Source of the DNA: an uncultured Eubacteriales bacterium
GTDB taxonomy: Bacteria > Bacillota > Clostridia > Oscillospirales > CAG-272
NCBI GenBank assembly: GCA_934394585.1
Contig: CAKRQU010000002.1
Location: forward strand, 51,874-115,873
Direction of reading: 5' to 3'
DNA: 64,000 bases
In this document: in pieces, positions 19,466 through 29,001 of the stretch
Layout of the letters: each line of letters starts with the position of its first letter
How positions within the stretch are numbered: the stretch's first letter is position 1
Notes under the pieces: generated by a model
Databases searched by the model: none
What the model was told of the DNA's origin: nothing
What the model saw: the letters and a program-made list of their open reading frames with translations, nothing else
Made by a program: the position numbers and the translations under genes

Positions 19466-20346
19466 AATATCTCGACTTCTTTGATGTCGCGAGCGAAAAT
19501 GACGAAGCAAAATTTGTTCTTTCTTTCAATTACAAGGTGGAAATGACCTGCTTTTCCGAAAACGTCTACCCTTTTAAAATCTTTCCGGAAAAGTATTTTT
19601 CTCATGCCGATTTCGACGATATCACGGTGATTTACGGCGGAAACGGCTCCGGAAAATCCACATTTCTGAATATCATCGCGGAAAAGCTCGCCCTGATACG
19701 CAAAGCGCCTTTCAACCGCACCCCGTATTTTGACGAATATCTGTCGTTTTGCAAATACGGGCTGACAAAGGCTTTTCTCCCAAGTGAAAGCAGGATTATC
19801 ACGAGCGATGAAATATTTGATTTTCTGCTCGATCTGCGCGCGATAAATGACGGCGTGGATGCGCGCCGCGACGAGATTTTTTCAGAATACGAAAAGCTGA
19901 CGGATCCGGAGGCACCCCCTTTTCTCATGCGCGATCTGTCGCAATATGATGAACTACGGCGCAAAAACGAAGCGCGCCGCACCACAAAAAACAAGTATAC
20001 AAAGCGTCGCCTTCCCGAAAATGTGACCGAAAAATCAAACGGGGAAAGCGCTTTTCATTATTTCACAAACGAAATAAAAGAAAACGCGCTTTATCTGCTG
20101 GATGAGCCGGAAAACAGCCTTTCCGCCGCATATCAGACGGAACTGGCCGGCTTTATCGAGGATTCCGCGCGATTTTACGGATGCCAGTTTATAATAGCCA
20201 CGCACAGCCCTTTTCTGCTCGCCGTGAAAGGCGCAAAAATTTACGATCTGGACGCGCGCCCCGTTTGCGAAAAGCGCTGGACTGAGCTTGAAAACGTGCG
20301 CTTATATCACGATTTTTTTGAAAAGCACCGCGACGATTTTGAATAA
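19462..20346 (+). CDS. AAA/ABC-type ATPase (AAA_21-like)
   Basis: Walker A GGNGSGKST, Walker B LYLLDEPENSLS, and ATHSPFLL. ATGA overlap with the repressor gene. Confidence 0.7.
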   Translation: MKYLDFFDVASENDEAKFVLSFNYKVEMTCFSENVYPFKIFPEKYFSHADFDDITVIYGGNGSGKSTFLNIIAEKLALIRKAPFNRTPYFDEYLSFCKYGLTKAFLPSESRIITSDEIFDFLLDLRAINDGVDARRDEIFSEYEKLTDPEAPPFLMRDLSQYDELRRKNEARRTTKNKYTKRRLPENVTEKSNGESAFHYFTNEIKENALYLLDEPENSLSAAYQTELAGFIEDSARFYGCQFIIATHSPFLLAVKGAKIYDLDARPVCEKRWTELENVRLYHDFFEKHRDDFE

Positions 20347-20392
20347 ACCCCTCAAATAAAACCGCCTATTTTGTCAAATACCTCCCGTTTTA

Positions 20393-20421
20393 TTGACATA
20401 ATTCGATTTTTATGATAAAAT
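20393..20421 (+). promoter_or_regulatory. sigma-A type promoter of the ECF operon
   Basis: TTGACA-17 nt-TAAAAT. Confidence 0.5.
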
Positions 20422-20455
20422 TATATGAATAAACGGATAAATGGGTGGGTGTGCT

Positions 20456-22318
20456 ATGAAAAGTATCGATCAGGCAAAATTTACGCGCTTTTTTGCGCTC
20501 ATTTTATGCCTTACCATGCTTTTTACGCACTCCCTCCCTTTTTTTGCGCAAAAAGATGCCGATGCTCCTTCTGAAGAAGACATTTTAAATGTGGCGCGTG
20601 GAGTAATACAATATGAAAAATCGCGTTGCAATTGCCGCGCCGACTATCTCATCGACGGCGATATCGTTTCGGGCGCGGGGACTTCATCTTCCGATTGGCT
20701 TGCTTTTGCTATAGGAAGATTCGGCGCGGATGACAATTACGCCGGATATCTCGCCGTCGCGGAGGACTATATCTCCGCGCGATACAAAGAAGAAGGCAAA
20801 CTGAGCGCATACAAAGCCACGGAATGGCACAGGCTGATTCTCTCCGTGCTTTCCTGTGGCGGAAATCCGCTCGAAATCCGCGGCGACGGCGAAAAAATAA
20901 ATCTCGTAGCCGACGGAATATACAATCGCGACAGCGCGTCGCCTCTTGATAAGCAAGGGCTGAACGGGCTTATCTGGGCGCTCATCGCGCTCGACAGCCG
21001 TCGGTACAATGTGCCCGAAAACGCCTCGTATACGCGCGAAAGTATAATAGAAAAAATCCTCGGCGAGCAATCCGAGAGCGGCGATTTCCGCTCTGTCGGA
21101 AGCAATGCCGATGTCGATATCACGGCGATGGCGCTAACGGCACTCGCGCCGTATTACTATGACGATACTGTATATAGATATATACAAAAGTCTACCGGCG
21201 AAACCGTGTCCTCCACGGTAGGCGAAGCAATAGATTCCGCCATCGCGTGCCTCAGTGGAATGCAGACGGAAAACGGGGATTTCACAAGCTTCGGCACGCC
21301 GACTCTCGAAAGCACATGCCAAGTGACAGTTGCGTTATGCTCTCTCGGCATAGACCCTTTTTCCGACGGAAGATTTATCAAAAACGGAAATTCCGTATGG
21401 GATGCCATGCTGAGATACCGCACGGAAAACGGCGGTTTTTCGCATAAAGCGGGCGGCGGCACGGACAAGCTGGCAAGCATGCAGGCGCTTTATACTCTGG
21501 CTGCAATATGGCGGTATAAATCAGGCATGCGCGCTCTTTTCGACCTTTGCGACGAGATGAGCGCGGATATGCAAAAGCGCATTTCCGATATTGAGCTTCG
21601 CGTATCAAAAGCCGACAGTCTTTCCCTTGCGGAGATAAATTCCGCACTCTCGGATTACTTTTCGCTACCCGGCGACACTCGCCGCTATGTACGCAACCAA
21701 AAATTGCTTTTTGAAGCCGCAGAAGCCAAAAACGCTGATATAGCGGGTATAAAATCCGCCACCGCGGAAATACCGGATTTCTCTGCGATACCCACTGCAA
21801 AATCTTTTGATTTTGCAGATTCGGATATGAAAAAAGCTGATTCTCTGCCGGATATTCTGACAACAGAATATTACATTTCCGTAACAACTCTGCTCTATAA
21901 ACTCAATGCGTCCGGCGATTCCGACGGCATTAATATATACCGCGAAAAGCTCGAAAAAGCAAAAGCCGACATACTCGAAATCAAAAATAAAATAGCCGCG
22001 CTGAACAGGGATATATCGCTTCTCCCAGCTCCGTCCGCTCTCAGCCGCGATGACAGGCAGGCTATCGAAAGCATAGCAGAAAGATACAATGCGCTCGACG
22101 ATTACGACAAGCAATTTGTTTCGGATTATGACAGCGTGGAAATTCTCATGGCGCGCATAAATACGGCGCGGCGCACTGTTTTCCTGACAATATCTCTGAT
22201 TATCTGCGCCGCGGCAATATCCGCCCTGCTTATCCGGCGCATAAAGCGCAGAATAAGCAAAAAAGCGCGCGAAATGGACGAGCTCGCCGCCATGTATGAA
22301 AGCGAGGACGATGAATGA
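20456..22318 (+). CDS. secreted, C-terminally anchored prenyltransferase/terpene-cyclase-repeat (alpha/alpha toroid) protein
   Basis: Signal peptide. Repeated Q..(S/N)G(D/G)F motifs (QSESGDFRS, QTENGDFTSFG, RTENGGFSHK). C-terminal coiled coil, a TM helix and an RRIKRR stop-transfer. Confidence 0.6.
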   Translation: MKSIDQAKFTRFFALILCLTMLFTHSLPFFAQKDADAPSEEDILNVARGVIQYEKSRCNCRADYLIDGDIVSGAGTSSSDWLAFAIGRFGADDNYAGYLAVAEDYISARYKEEGKLSAYKATEWHRLILSVLSCGGNPLEIRGDGEKINLVADGIYNRDSASPLDKQGLNGLIWALIALDSRRYNVPENASYTRESIIEKILGEQSESGDFRSVGSNADVDITAMALTALAPYYYDDTVYRYIQKSTGETVSSTVGEAIDSAIACLSGMQTENGDFTSFGTPTLESTCQVTVALCSLGIDPFSDGRFIKNGNSVWDAMLRYRTENGGFSHKAGGGTDKLASMQALYTLAAIWRYKSGMRALFDLCDEMSADMQKRISDIELRVSKADSLSLAEINSALSDYFSLPGDTRRYVRNQKLLFEAAEAKNADIAGIKSATAEIPDFSAIPTAKSFDFADSDMKKADSLPDILTTEYYISVTTLLYKLNASGDSDGINIYREKLEKAKADILEIKNKIAALNRDISLLPAPSALSRDDRQAIESIAERYNALDDYDKQFVSDYDSVEILMARINTARRTVFLTISLIICAAAISALLIRRIKRRISKKAREMDELAAMYESEDDE

Positions 22319-22848
22319 AAAAAGATATCATCGCCATCCTTTCCGTAGTCCTGATAATAGCCGTACTCGCGTGCGGTGTGGAAATCCAGTCGGTAGACGA
22401 ATATTATCTCACGCATATCGACGACATAAAGCCCGATTCGAAAACGGTTTTTCTCAGCATAAGATGCGACAGCGTATTTGAAAACTACGATAAGCTGGAT
22501 TCTTCTTTGAAAAACAGCGCTTACATTCCCGAAAACGGCATAATTCTCGAAAAAGCGGAATACGTCCTGCGCGAAAACGATACTGTCTACGATATTCTCG
22601 ACCGCATACTGCGATACAATAAAATCATGTACGAGCGCCGCGGCTCTTCGGATTCTTCCGTATATATCGCGGGAATAAATTATCTTTACGAATATTCCTG
22701 CGGTCCGCTTTCCGGCTGGATGTACAGCGTAAACGGCGTTTTTTCGGATAAAAGCTGCACGGAATACGTGCTTTCCGACGGCGACGTGATAGAATGGGTC
22801 TATTCATGCGATCTCGGCAGAGATGTCGGCAAAAAAGGAGGGCAATAA
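22315..22848 (+). CDS. DUF4430 (transcobalamin-like C-terminal domain) protein
   Basis: N-terminal anchor. C-terminal SGWMYSVNG...YVLSDGDVIEWVYS matches the DUF4430 signature. ATGA overlap with the upstream gene. Confidence 0.7.
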   Translation: MKKDIIAILSVVLIIAVLACGVEIQSVDEYYLTHIDDIKPDSKTVFLSIRCDSVFENYDKLDSSLKNSAYIPENGIILEKAEYVLRENDTVYDILDRILRYNKIMYERRGSSDSSVYIAGINYLYEYSCGPLSGWMYSVNGVFSDKSCTEYVLSDGDVIEWVYSCDLGRDVGKKGGQ

Positions 22849-22853
22849 TCTAT

Positions 22854-23741
22854 ATGGAAAAACGCATTGCCTTTCACTGTTTTCACCCCGTTTCATCATT
22901 TATATATCTGCTCACGGTGATCGTCGTGGGAATGTTTATGACAAATCCGTTGGTTATATCGCTGATGCTTGTTTGCGGCGCATTATTTTGCGCGATGCTT
23001 CGCGGGAAAAAGTTTTTTTCGGATATTCCCTTTTATCTCGCGCTTTTTCTGATATTTTCTCTGGTAAATCCGCTTTTTTCTCATAACGGAGCCACTCCGC
23101 TTTTCTTTCTGAACGGCTATCCCGTCACGCTGGAGGCGATTTTTTACGGAATGAATATCTCCGCCGTGATGATATCCACGCTTATCTGGTGCACGGTGTT
23201 TTCCGCGGTGATGACAAGCGAAAGAATAATGTGCGTTTTCGGCAGAGTCCTGCCGAAAAGCTCACTGGTGATTTCCATGTCGCTCAGATTTCTGCCGCTT
23301 TTCAAAGCAAAATGGCATGAAATATCCGATGCGCAAAAGGCGCTCGGCTATTATTCAGAAAAGGGCTTCGTTTCAAAAATCACAAATTCCGCGAGGGTTT
23401 TCTCGTCACTTATATCATGGGCACTCGAAAATTCCGTCGATACGGGCGCCTCGATGAAGGCGCGCGGCTACGGTCTTGGCGGACGCACATCATTTTCGCT
23501 TTTCCGCTTCGGCGCGCGCGATGCCGTGCTGACGGCTTTTTCCGCCATACTGCTCGTGATATCGGCAGTGGGACTGAAAAGCGGATATTTCGCTTTTCAT
23601 TTCTACCCGCAGGCGGCAAATATAGATTTTTCGCCGAAAGCCGTAATATTTTACTCGGCAATGGCAATTTTACTGCTGATACCGTCATTTTTTGAAATAA
23701 AGGAGGCATTGTATTGGAGATACTTGCAGTCAAAAATCTGA
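22854..23741 (+). CDS. ecfT: ECF transporter transmembrane (T) component
   Basis: Polytopic, about 295 aa. CbiQ/EcfT-like Arg-containing coupling helices (SLRFLPLF...AQKARG). Confidence 0.75.
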   Translation: MEKRIAFHCFHPVSSFIYLLTVIVVGMFMTNPLVISLMLVCGALFCAMLRGKKFFSDIPFYLALFLIFSLVNPLFSHNGATPLFFLNGYPVTLEAIFYGMNISAVMISTLIWCTVFSAVMTSERIMCVFGRVLPKSSLVISMSLRFLPLFKAKWHEISDAQKALGYYSEKGFVSKITNSARVFSSLISWALENSVDTGASMKARGYGLGGRTSFSLFRFGARDAVLTAFSAILLVISAVGLKSGYFAFHFYPQAANIDFSPKAVIFYSAMAILLLIPSFFEIKEALYWRYLQSKI

Positions 23742-25393
23742 ATTTTTCATATCCCGACAGCAATGCCGCCGCATTGGAAAACGTAAATTTTTCCGTAAAA
23801 GAGGGCGAATTTATAGTGCTCTGCGGCGAAAGCGGCTGCGGAAAAACCACGCTGATGCGCCTTTTGAAACGCGAGCTTGCGCCGTTCGGCAAAAAAAGCG
23901 GCGAGATAAGCTTTTGCGGCAGGAATGAAACCGAGCTTTCCGATGCCGAAAGCGCCTGCGAAATAGGCTATGTAATGCAAAATCCCGAGGCGCAGACCGT
24001 GACCGACAAAGTATGGCACGAAATTTCCTTCGGAATGGAAAATCTCGGCTTTCCGCGCGACAAAATCCGCCTGCGCTCCGGAGAAATCGCCGCTTATTTC
24101 GGGATAGATACATGGTTTCGCGGCGATACGGCTACGCTTTCCGGCGGGCAAAAGCAAATCCTCGCGCTCGCTTCGGTGATAGCGCTTTCGCCGAAACTCC
24201 TTTTGCTTGACGAGCCGACTTCTCAGCTCGACCCGATAGCCGCCGCAAATTTCATTTCCGCCGTATGCAAATTAAACCGCGATTTCGGCATCACGGTGAT
24301 AATGGCGGAACACAGGCTCGGCGAGATTTTCCCTTATGCCGACCGCGTGGCTGTGATGGAAAAAGGCATGATAATCGCCTTTGATACGCCGCGCAAAATA
24401 TGTGAAACACTCGGCAATCACCGCATTTCGGCTGGCTTCCCTGCCGCTGCACAGATATATTCCGCTCTCGGAACATATTCCGCTCTCGGCACGCAGCAAT
24501 GCCCGCTCACGGTAAAGGAAGGCAAAAATTTTCTTTTGGCGCTCGACTTTTCAAAAGAAAAAATGCCGTCCCTTCACGAAAATCCGCGCACAGGCGACGA
24601 AATAGCCATAGAAACAAAAAATCTCTGGCTGAGATATGAGAAAAACACACCCGATATTCTGCGCGGCACAAATCTGTCGGTGCGCCGCGGGGAAATATTT
24701 TCCATACTCGGCGGAAACGGCACAGGCAAAACCACCCTGCTCCGCGCCATAAGCCGAACGGCAAAGCCGTATCGCGGCAAAATAACCGTTTTCGGCGAAA
24801 ATATCAAAAAAATCAGCGACGCGGCACTGCACAGGCATTGCATAGCGCTCCTGCCGCAAAATGCCGATACGCTTTTTATTTCCAAAACAGTGGAGGCGGA
24901 TTTTCTCGAAATATGCCGCGCCATGGGATACGACAAAGCAAAATCGATGGAAGAAACCGCAAAAATAAGCGAAAAATTCGGCATTTCGCCTCTCCTGCAA
25001 AAGCACCCCTACGATATTTCCGGCGGCGAAATGCAAAAATGCGCCATAGCGAAAATAATGCTGACAGAGCCGCGCATAATTCTTTTGGACGAGCCCACAA
25101 AAGGCATCGACGCTTTTGCGAAAAAAACTCTCGGAAATATCCTCCGCGAGCTTCAAAACGACGGCATAACCACGATAATCGTAACTCACGACACGGAATT
25201 TGCCGCATCCGTATCCGACAGATGTGCGCTTTTCTTTGACGGAGAGATACTTTCGCCCTCATCCCCGCGAGAATTTTTCAGCAGTACCGATTTTTATACC
25301 ACTGCCGCCTCACGCATATCACGCGGCTTTTTCAAAAATGCCGTCACCGTGCAGGATGTGGTTTTCCTTGCGAAAGAGGCGATAAAGAAATGA
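23714..25393 (+). CDS. ecfA: fused double ECF/ABC ATPase (EcfA-EcfA')
   Basis: Two complete ABC cassettes: GESGCGKTT / LSGGQ / LLLDEP, and GGNGTGKTT / ISGGE / ILLDEP. TTG start with AGGAGG RBS. Confidence 0.85.
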   Translation: MEILAVKNLNFSYPDSNAAALENVNFSVKEGEFIVLCGESGCGKTTLMRLLKRELAPFGKKSGEISFCGRNETELSDAESACEIGYVMQNPEAQTVTDKVWHEISFGMENLGFPRDKIRLRSGEIAAYFGIDTWFRGDTATLSGGQKQILALASVIALSPKLLLLDEPTSQLDPIAAANFISAVCKLNRDFGITVIMAEHRLGEIFPYADRVAVMEKGMIIAFDTPRKICETLGNHRISAGFPAAAQIYSALGTYSALGTQQCPLTVKEGKNFLLALDFSKEKMPSLHENPRTGDEIAIETKNLWLRYEKNTPDILRGTNLSVRRGEIFSILGGNGTGKTTLLRAISRTAKPYRGKITVFGENIKKISDAALHRHCIALLPQNADTLFISKTVEADFLEICRAMGYDKAKSMEETAKISEKFGISPLLQKHPYDISGGEMQKCAIAKIMLTEPRIILLDEPTKGIDAFAKKTLGNILRELQNDGITTIIVTHDTEFAASVSDRCALFFDGEILSPSSPREFFSSTDFYTTAASRISRGFFKNAVTVQDVVFLAKEAIKK

Positions 25394-26076
25394 AAAATTC
25401 CCGCTTTATACGATATGCGATAATACTCATCGTCATACCCGTCTGCATAGCGCTCGGAACCTTTGTTTTTGATAGTAAAGCTTATCTCTGGATATCGCTG
25501 TGCGTCACGCTGCTCGCCTGCGCGCCTTTTTTCATCTCGTTTGAAAATAAAAAAGCGGATACCCGTCTTACGGTGATACTCGCCGTGATGACGACGCTTT
25601 CCGTGCTCGGCAGATTTGCCTTTGCCGCAGTGCAGCATTTCAAACCCGTGGCAGCGATAGTCATCATCACCGGGATATATCTCGGCGCGGAATCGGGCTT
25701 TCTCTGCGGCGCGCTTTCCGCCGTGCTCTCCAATATTCTTTTCGGTCAGGGCCCGTGGACGCCTTTTCAGATGTTCGCATGGGGTTTTATCGGATTTGCG
25801 GCGGCGCTTTGCGGAAAAGCGCTCCGAAAAAGCAAAATCCTATTGTGCGCCTGCGGTGCCTTATCGGGAATATTCTTTTCTCTTTTCATGGATATCCAGA
25901 CAGTACTGCTGTGGGATGAAGGCTTTTCATTTTCGCGATATATCGCGGCAATAGCCGCTTCCCTGCCTGTAATGGCTGTATATGCCGCATCAAATGTGAT
26001 TTTTCTTTTATTGCTTTCAAAACCGATAGGAGAAAAACTCTCCCGCGTCATAAATAAATACGGAATAGGCAAATAA
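25390..26076 (+). CDS. ECF transporter substrate-capture (S) component-like membrane protein
   Basis: 228 aa with about 6 TM helices. Last gene of the ECF operon, with ATGA overlap to ecfA. Substrate unknown. Confidence 0.55.
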   Translation: MKNSRFIRYAIILIVIPVCIALGTFVFDSKAYLWISLCVTLLACAPFFISFENKKADTRLTVILAVMTTLSVLGRFAFAAVQHFKPVAAIVIITGIYLGAESGFLCGALSAVLSNILFGQGPWTPFQMFAWGFIGFAAALCGKALRKSKILLCACGALSGIFFSLFMDIQTVLLWDEGFSFSRYIAAIAASLPVMAVYAASNVIFLLLLSKPIGEKLSRVINKYGIGK

Positions 26077-26105
26077 TAAATTCATATAATAAAAAAGGAG
26101 CTGCC

Positions 26106-27026
26106 ATGAATCTTTTATATCTGAAATACGCCGTGGAAGTAGCGGCATGCGGTTCTATAAACAAAGCGGCGGAAAAGCTTTATATAGACCAGCCGAATCT
26201 CAGCCGTTCGATAAAGGAACTGGAATCCTCACTCGGCGTGACGATTTTCGAGCGTTCGGCGCGCGGAATGCGTCTTACGCCGGATGGCGAAGCGTTTTTG
26301 AAGCAGGCGGAAACCGTGCTTGTACAGGTGGACGCGCTGGAAAATATGTTTCGCCGCGATGTGATGCATAAAATGCGTTTTTCCGTTTCCGTTCCGCGGG
26401 CAAGCTATATTTCCGAAGCTTTCGCCGAATTTTCAAAACGTTTTTCCGCGCATGACCAGACGGAAATATATTATAAAGAAACAAATTCCATGCGGGCAAT
26501 AAAAAATATCCTGCAGGAAGATTATCGGCTCGGCATCGTCCGCTATGCGGAAAATTTCGATAAATATTATAAAGAAATGCTGAGCGAAAAAGGATTGGCT
26601 TACGAGCTTATCGCGGAATTTCGTTGCAATCTTATCATGAGCGAAAATTCGCCCCTCGCAAAAAAGGAAAAAATCACGCTCGCCGACCTCGATGACTATA
26701 TCGAAATCGCCCATGCCGATCCTTATGTTCCCTCCGTGCCCACGGATACGGTAAAAAAAGAAGAACTGCCCGAGGGCAATGCGCGCATTTTCATATTCGA
26801 GCGCGGAAGCCAGTTTGACCTGCTTTCCGAAAATCCGAATACGTTTATATGGGCTTCTCCCGTGCCGCAGGATCTGCTTTCTCGTTTCAATCTGGTGGAA
26901 CGCACCTGCGATGAAAACAAAAAAATATACAAAGATGTCATAATCCGCAGAAAAGATTACAAGCTGTCGGAGCTTGATTTGGCATTTATATCGGAGCTTT
27001 GCCGCGTAAAACGCAAATATTTTTAA
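26106..27026 (+). CDS. LysR-family transcriptional regulator
   Basis: N-terminal wHTH LKYAVEVAACGSINKAAEKLYIDQPNLSRSIKELE and a substrate-binding domain of typical length. Confidence 0.8.
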   Translation: MNLLYLKYAVEVAACGSINKAAEKLYIDQPNLSRSIKELESSLGVTIFERSARGMRLTPDGEAFLKQAETVLVQVDALENMFRRDVMHKMRFSVSVPRASYISEAFAEFSKRFSAHDQTEIYYKETNSMRAIKNILQEDYRLGIVRYAENFDKYYKEMLSEKGLAYELIAEFRCNLIMSENSPLAKKEKITLADLDDYIEIAHADPYVPSVPTDTVKKEELPEGNARIFIFERGSQFDLLSENPNTFIWASPVPQDLLSRFNLVERTCDENKKIYKDVIIRRKDYKLSELDLAFISELCRVKRKYF

Positions 27027-27146
27027 AAAATCTGTCGCTTTTGTAAACAAATCGGAAAGGCGCAAATATAAATATTGACTAAATAAAAAAATTGTGATAT
27101 ACTTGTAGGCAAGTCCGGAAGATTTCAGGCAAAAGGGAGTGATTTC

Positions 27147-27611
27147 ATGGCAGAAAAAAACACAAAAATCATAGCGCAAAACAGAAAAGCGCGCCACGAT
27201 TATTTTGTGGAAGATACTTATGAAGCGGGAATCGCTCTTTTCGGCACGGAAGTGAAATCGCTTCGTGCCGGCACTGTAAATCTGAAAGATTCTTACTGCT
27301 ATATCAAGGACGGAGAAATTTTCTCCACGGGCGTGCATATCAGCCCTTATGAAAAAGGCAATATTTTCAATCGCGATCCTCTTCGCGAAAGAAAGCTTCT
27401 CATGCACAAGCGCGAAATACTGAAGCTGAGTATGCTGACAAATAAAGAAGGCTATACGCTCGTCCCGCTTTCGCTCTATTTTTCGGGAAAGAATGTAAAA
27501 ATGGAGTTGGGCGTATGTCGCGGCAAAAAGCTTTGGGACAAACGCGAAACAGAAGCAAAAAAGCAAGCCGCGAGAGAAATAGACCGCTACGAGAGAGAAA
27601 GCAGAAAATAA
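27147..27611 (+). CDS. smpB: SsrA-binding protein
   Basis: [20 protein letters not shown] and LLMHKREI motifs. Immediately upstream of the tmRNA. Confidence 0.9.
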   Translation: MAEKNTKIIAQNRKARHDYFVEDTYEAGIALFGTEVKSLRAGTVNLKDSYCYIKDGEIFSTGVHISPYEKGNIFNRDPLRERKLLMHKREILKLSMLTNKEGYTLVPLSLYFSGKNVKMELGVCRGKKLWDKRETEAKKQAAREIDRYERESRK

Positions 27612-27614
27612 TAT

Positions 27615-27985
27615 GGGGCCGTAAAGGTTTCGACGGGGATTTTGCAGTACGGTAAGCGAGCGGAGATGCGGTACCTCCTTAAACAATCGCAAACTTAAAT
27701 ATAAACGCTAACAATAATAAAGTAGCAATGGCTGCCTAACGGCAGTGCCGCGGCTTTTCAGCCGCCCGTCGCTCCCTTGAGTATCACGGCTTGGGACTCG
27801 GCGTCATGCAGTGATGAACGTGAACGGAGATTTTTCTTGTTGTATCCGTCACGCATAAAACAGATACTTTTTATATAGCCTGTCTGTCGGCGATATAAAA
27901 AGGAATTTCAAAAGACATTCTGCGCTCGGAGAAAGCTGTATGAATAGGTTTTCGGACAGGGGTTCGACTCCCCTCGGCTCCACCA
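27615..27985 (+). ncRNA. ssrA: transfer-messenger RNA
   Basis: 5' GGGGCCGTAAAGGTTTCGACGGGG. 3' tRNA-like end GGACAGGGGTTCGACTCCCCTCGGCTCCACCA. Internal tag ORF ends ...AAC AAT AAT AAA GTA GCA ATG GCT GCC TAA (..NNNKVAMAA*, stop at 27737-27739). Confidence 0.9.
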
Positions 27986-28010
27986 GCGGCAAGTTGCCGC
28001 CACTAAATAG

Positions 28011-28036
28011 CAGAGGCATTTCGCCTCTGTTTTTTC
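28011..28036 (+). terminator. intrinsic terminator after ssrA
   Basis: CAGAGGC-ATTT-CGCCTCTG stem followed by T6. Confidence 0.7.
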
Positions 28037-28109
28037 TTTTTGGCAAGTAAAGCAAAAGCCCGCGGCTTTCGCCGTGGGCTTGTATGCTTATATTATGTAG
28101 GGGGTTGAA

Positions 28110-28514
28110 TTAGCCGTTGTTTTCAGTGGTTCCGGAGGAAGCAGTTTTAGGTGTATAATCGTACTTACCTTCGGTAGTAGATTTTTTAAGCAAGCCATAC
28201 GTAGTATCTGCAGCAGCTGTGCCCTTTGTAGCTTTAGCATCAAACTGACCTTTTGTTACTGTGAAGTAGTAATCACCGGACTGAATTTTAATTGTAATGT
28301 TGGCGAGATCTTCAGCGTAAGACTTACCATCAGCATCGTTAGAAGCAAGCCAATCATAGTACATATTTCTTGCTTCCTGAAGAGCCTTGGACTCATTAGC
28401 CTTAGCAATTACATTAGAGAATGTAGGAATGAGTACTGCTGCGAGGATAGCGATCACAGCGATGACGATGACAAGCTCTACGATGGTAAAGCCGCGCTTT
28501 TTGTTGTTTTTCAT
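28110..28514 (-). CDS. prepilin-type (type IV pilin-like) protein, short form
   Basis: MKNNKKRG/FTIVELVIVIAVIAILAAVLIP has the class III signal: Gly-1, Phe+1, Glu+5 and a hydrophobic helix. 134 aa. AAGGAG RBS. Confidence 0.8.
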   Translation of the reverse strand: MKNNKKRGFTIVELVIVIAVIAILAAVLIPTFSNVIAKANESKALQEARNMYYDWLASNDADGKSYAEDLANITIKIQSGDYYFTVTKGQFDAKATKGTAAADTTYGLLKKSTTEGKYDYTPKTASSGTTENNG

Positions 28515-28734
28515 GGTTTTTGTCTCCTTGTTTAAAAAATATTTTTTTATATTTACGCTTTGCAGCAGTAAATACCGATGTGATTAAGAGCGGAAAACCC
28601 GTAGGTCGATGCGGGCGATGCCGACGCCTGAAACCCCTAACCGACGGCGGCACCGACCCGTACCATAAACGCGTTTACCTGCTCCGCTCTTCTTTCGAAA
28701 ATGCCGAAAAAGGCAATTTCCCGTGAAAAAATTT

Positions 28735-28781
28735 AAGCAGGCAAACATGCACGAACAAATTTCGTGCATGTTTGCCTGCTT
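28735..28781 (-). terminator. perfect 21-bp hairpin with T-run (minus-strand sense)
   Basis: AAGCAGGCAAACATGCACGAA-CAAAT-TTCGTGCATGTTTGCCTGCTT. On the minus strand it is followed by AAATTTTTT. Confidence 0.6.
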
Positions 28782-28846
28782 ATCAGGTACATATTTTATT
28801 ATTTAAAAGCGCGACAAAAGAACTACTTAGAAAGCAGCATGAATAG

Positions 28847-28905
<59 letters not shown>

Positions 28906-28910
28906 AAGCG

Positions 28911-28940
28911 ATTATACACAACCTATTCCTCCTTTGTCAA
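28911..28940 (-). promoter_or_regulatory. consensus sigma-A promoter (proximal) firing into the GACA tract
   Basis: Minus strand: TTGACA (28940-28935), 18 nt, TATAAT (28916-28911). The repeat starts 5 nt after the -10. Confidence 0.6.
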
Positions 28941-28972
28941 TATTTTTTGCAAAAATTTCTGATTGCATTACA

Positions 28973-29001
28973 ATTATACACCGCTATCATATTTTTGTCA
29001 A
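28973..29001 (-). promoter_or_regulatory. consensus sigma-A promoter (distal)
   Basis: Minus strand: TTGACA (29001-28996), 17 nt, TATAAT (28978-28973). Confidence 0.55.

Noticed and set aside
20347-20455. Cobalamin riboswitch upstream of the transcobalamin-like/ECF operon
   Set aside because: The region is about 95 nt and mostly promoter. No B12-box (GCCACTG-like) or multi-stem core is visible.
26433-27692. 419-aa ORF on the minus strand
   Set aside because: It spans the LysR gene, an intergenic promoter region, smpB and the start of the tmRNA. It has a Phe/Ile/Arg-rich composition and is not coding.
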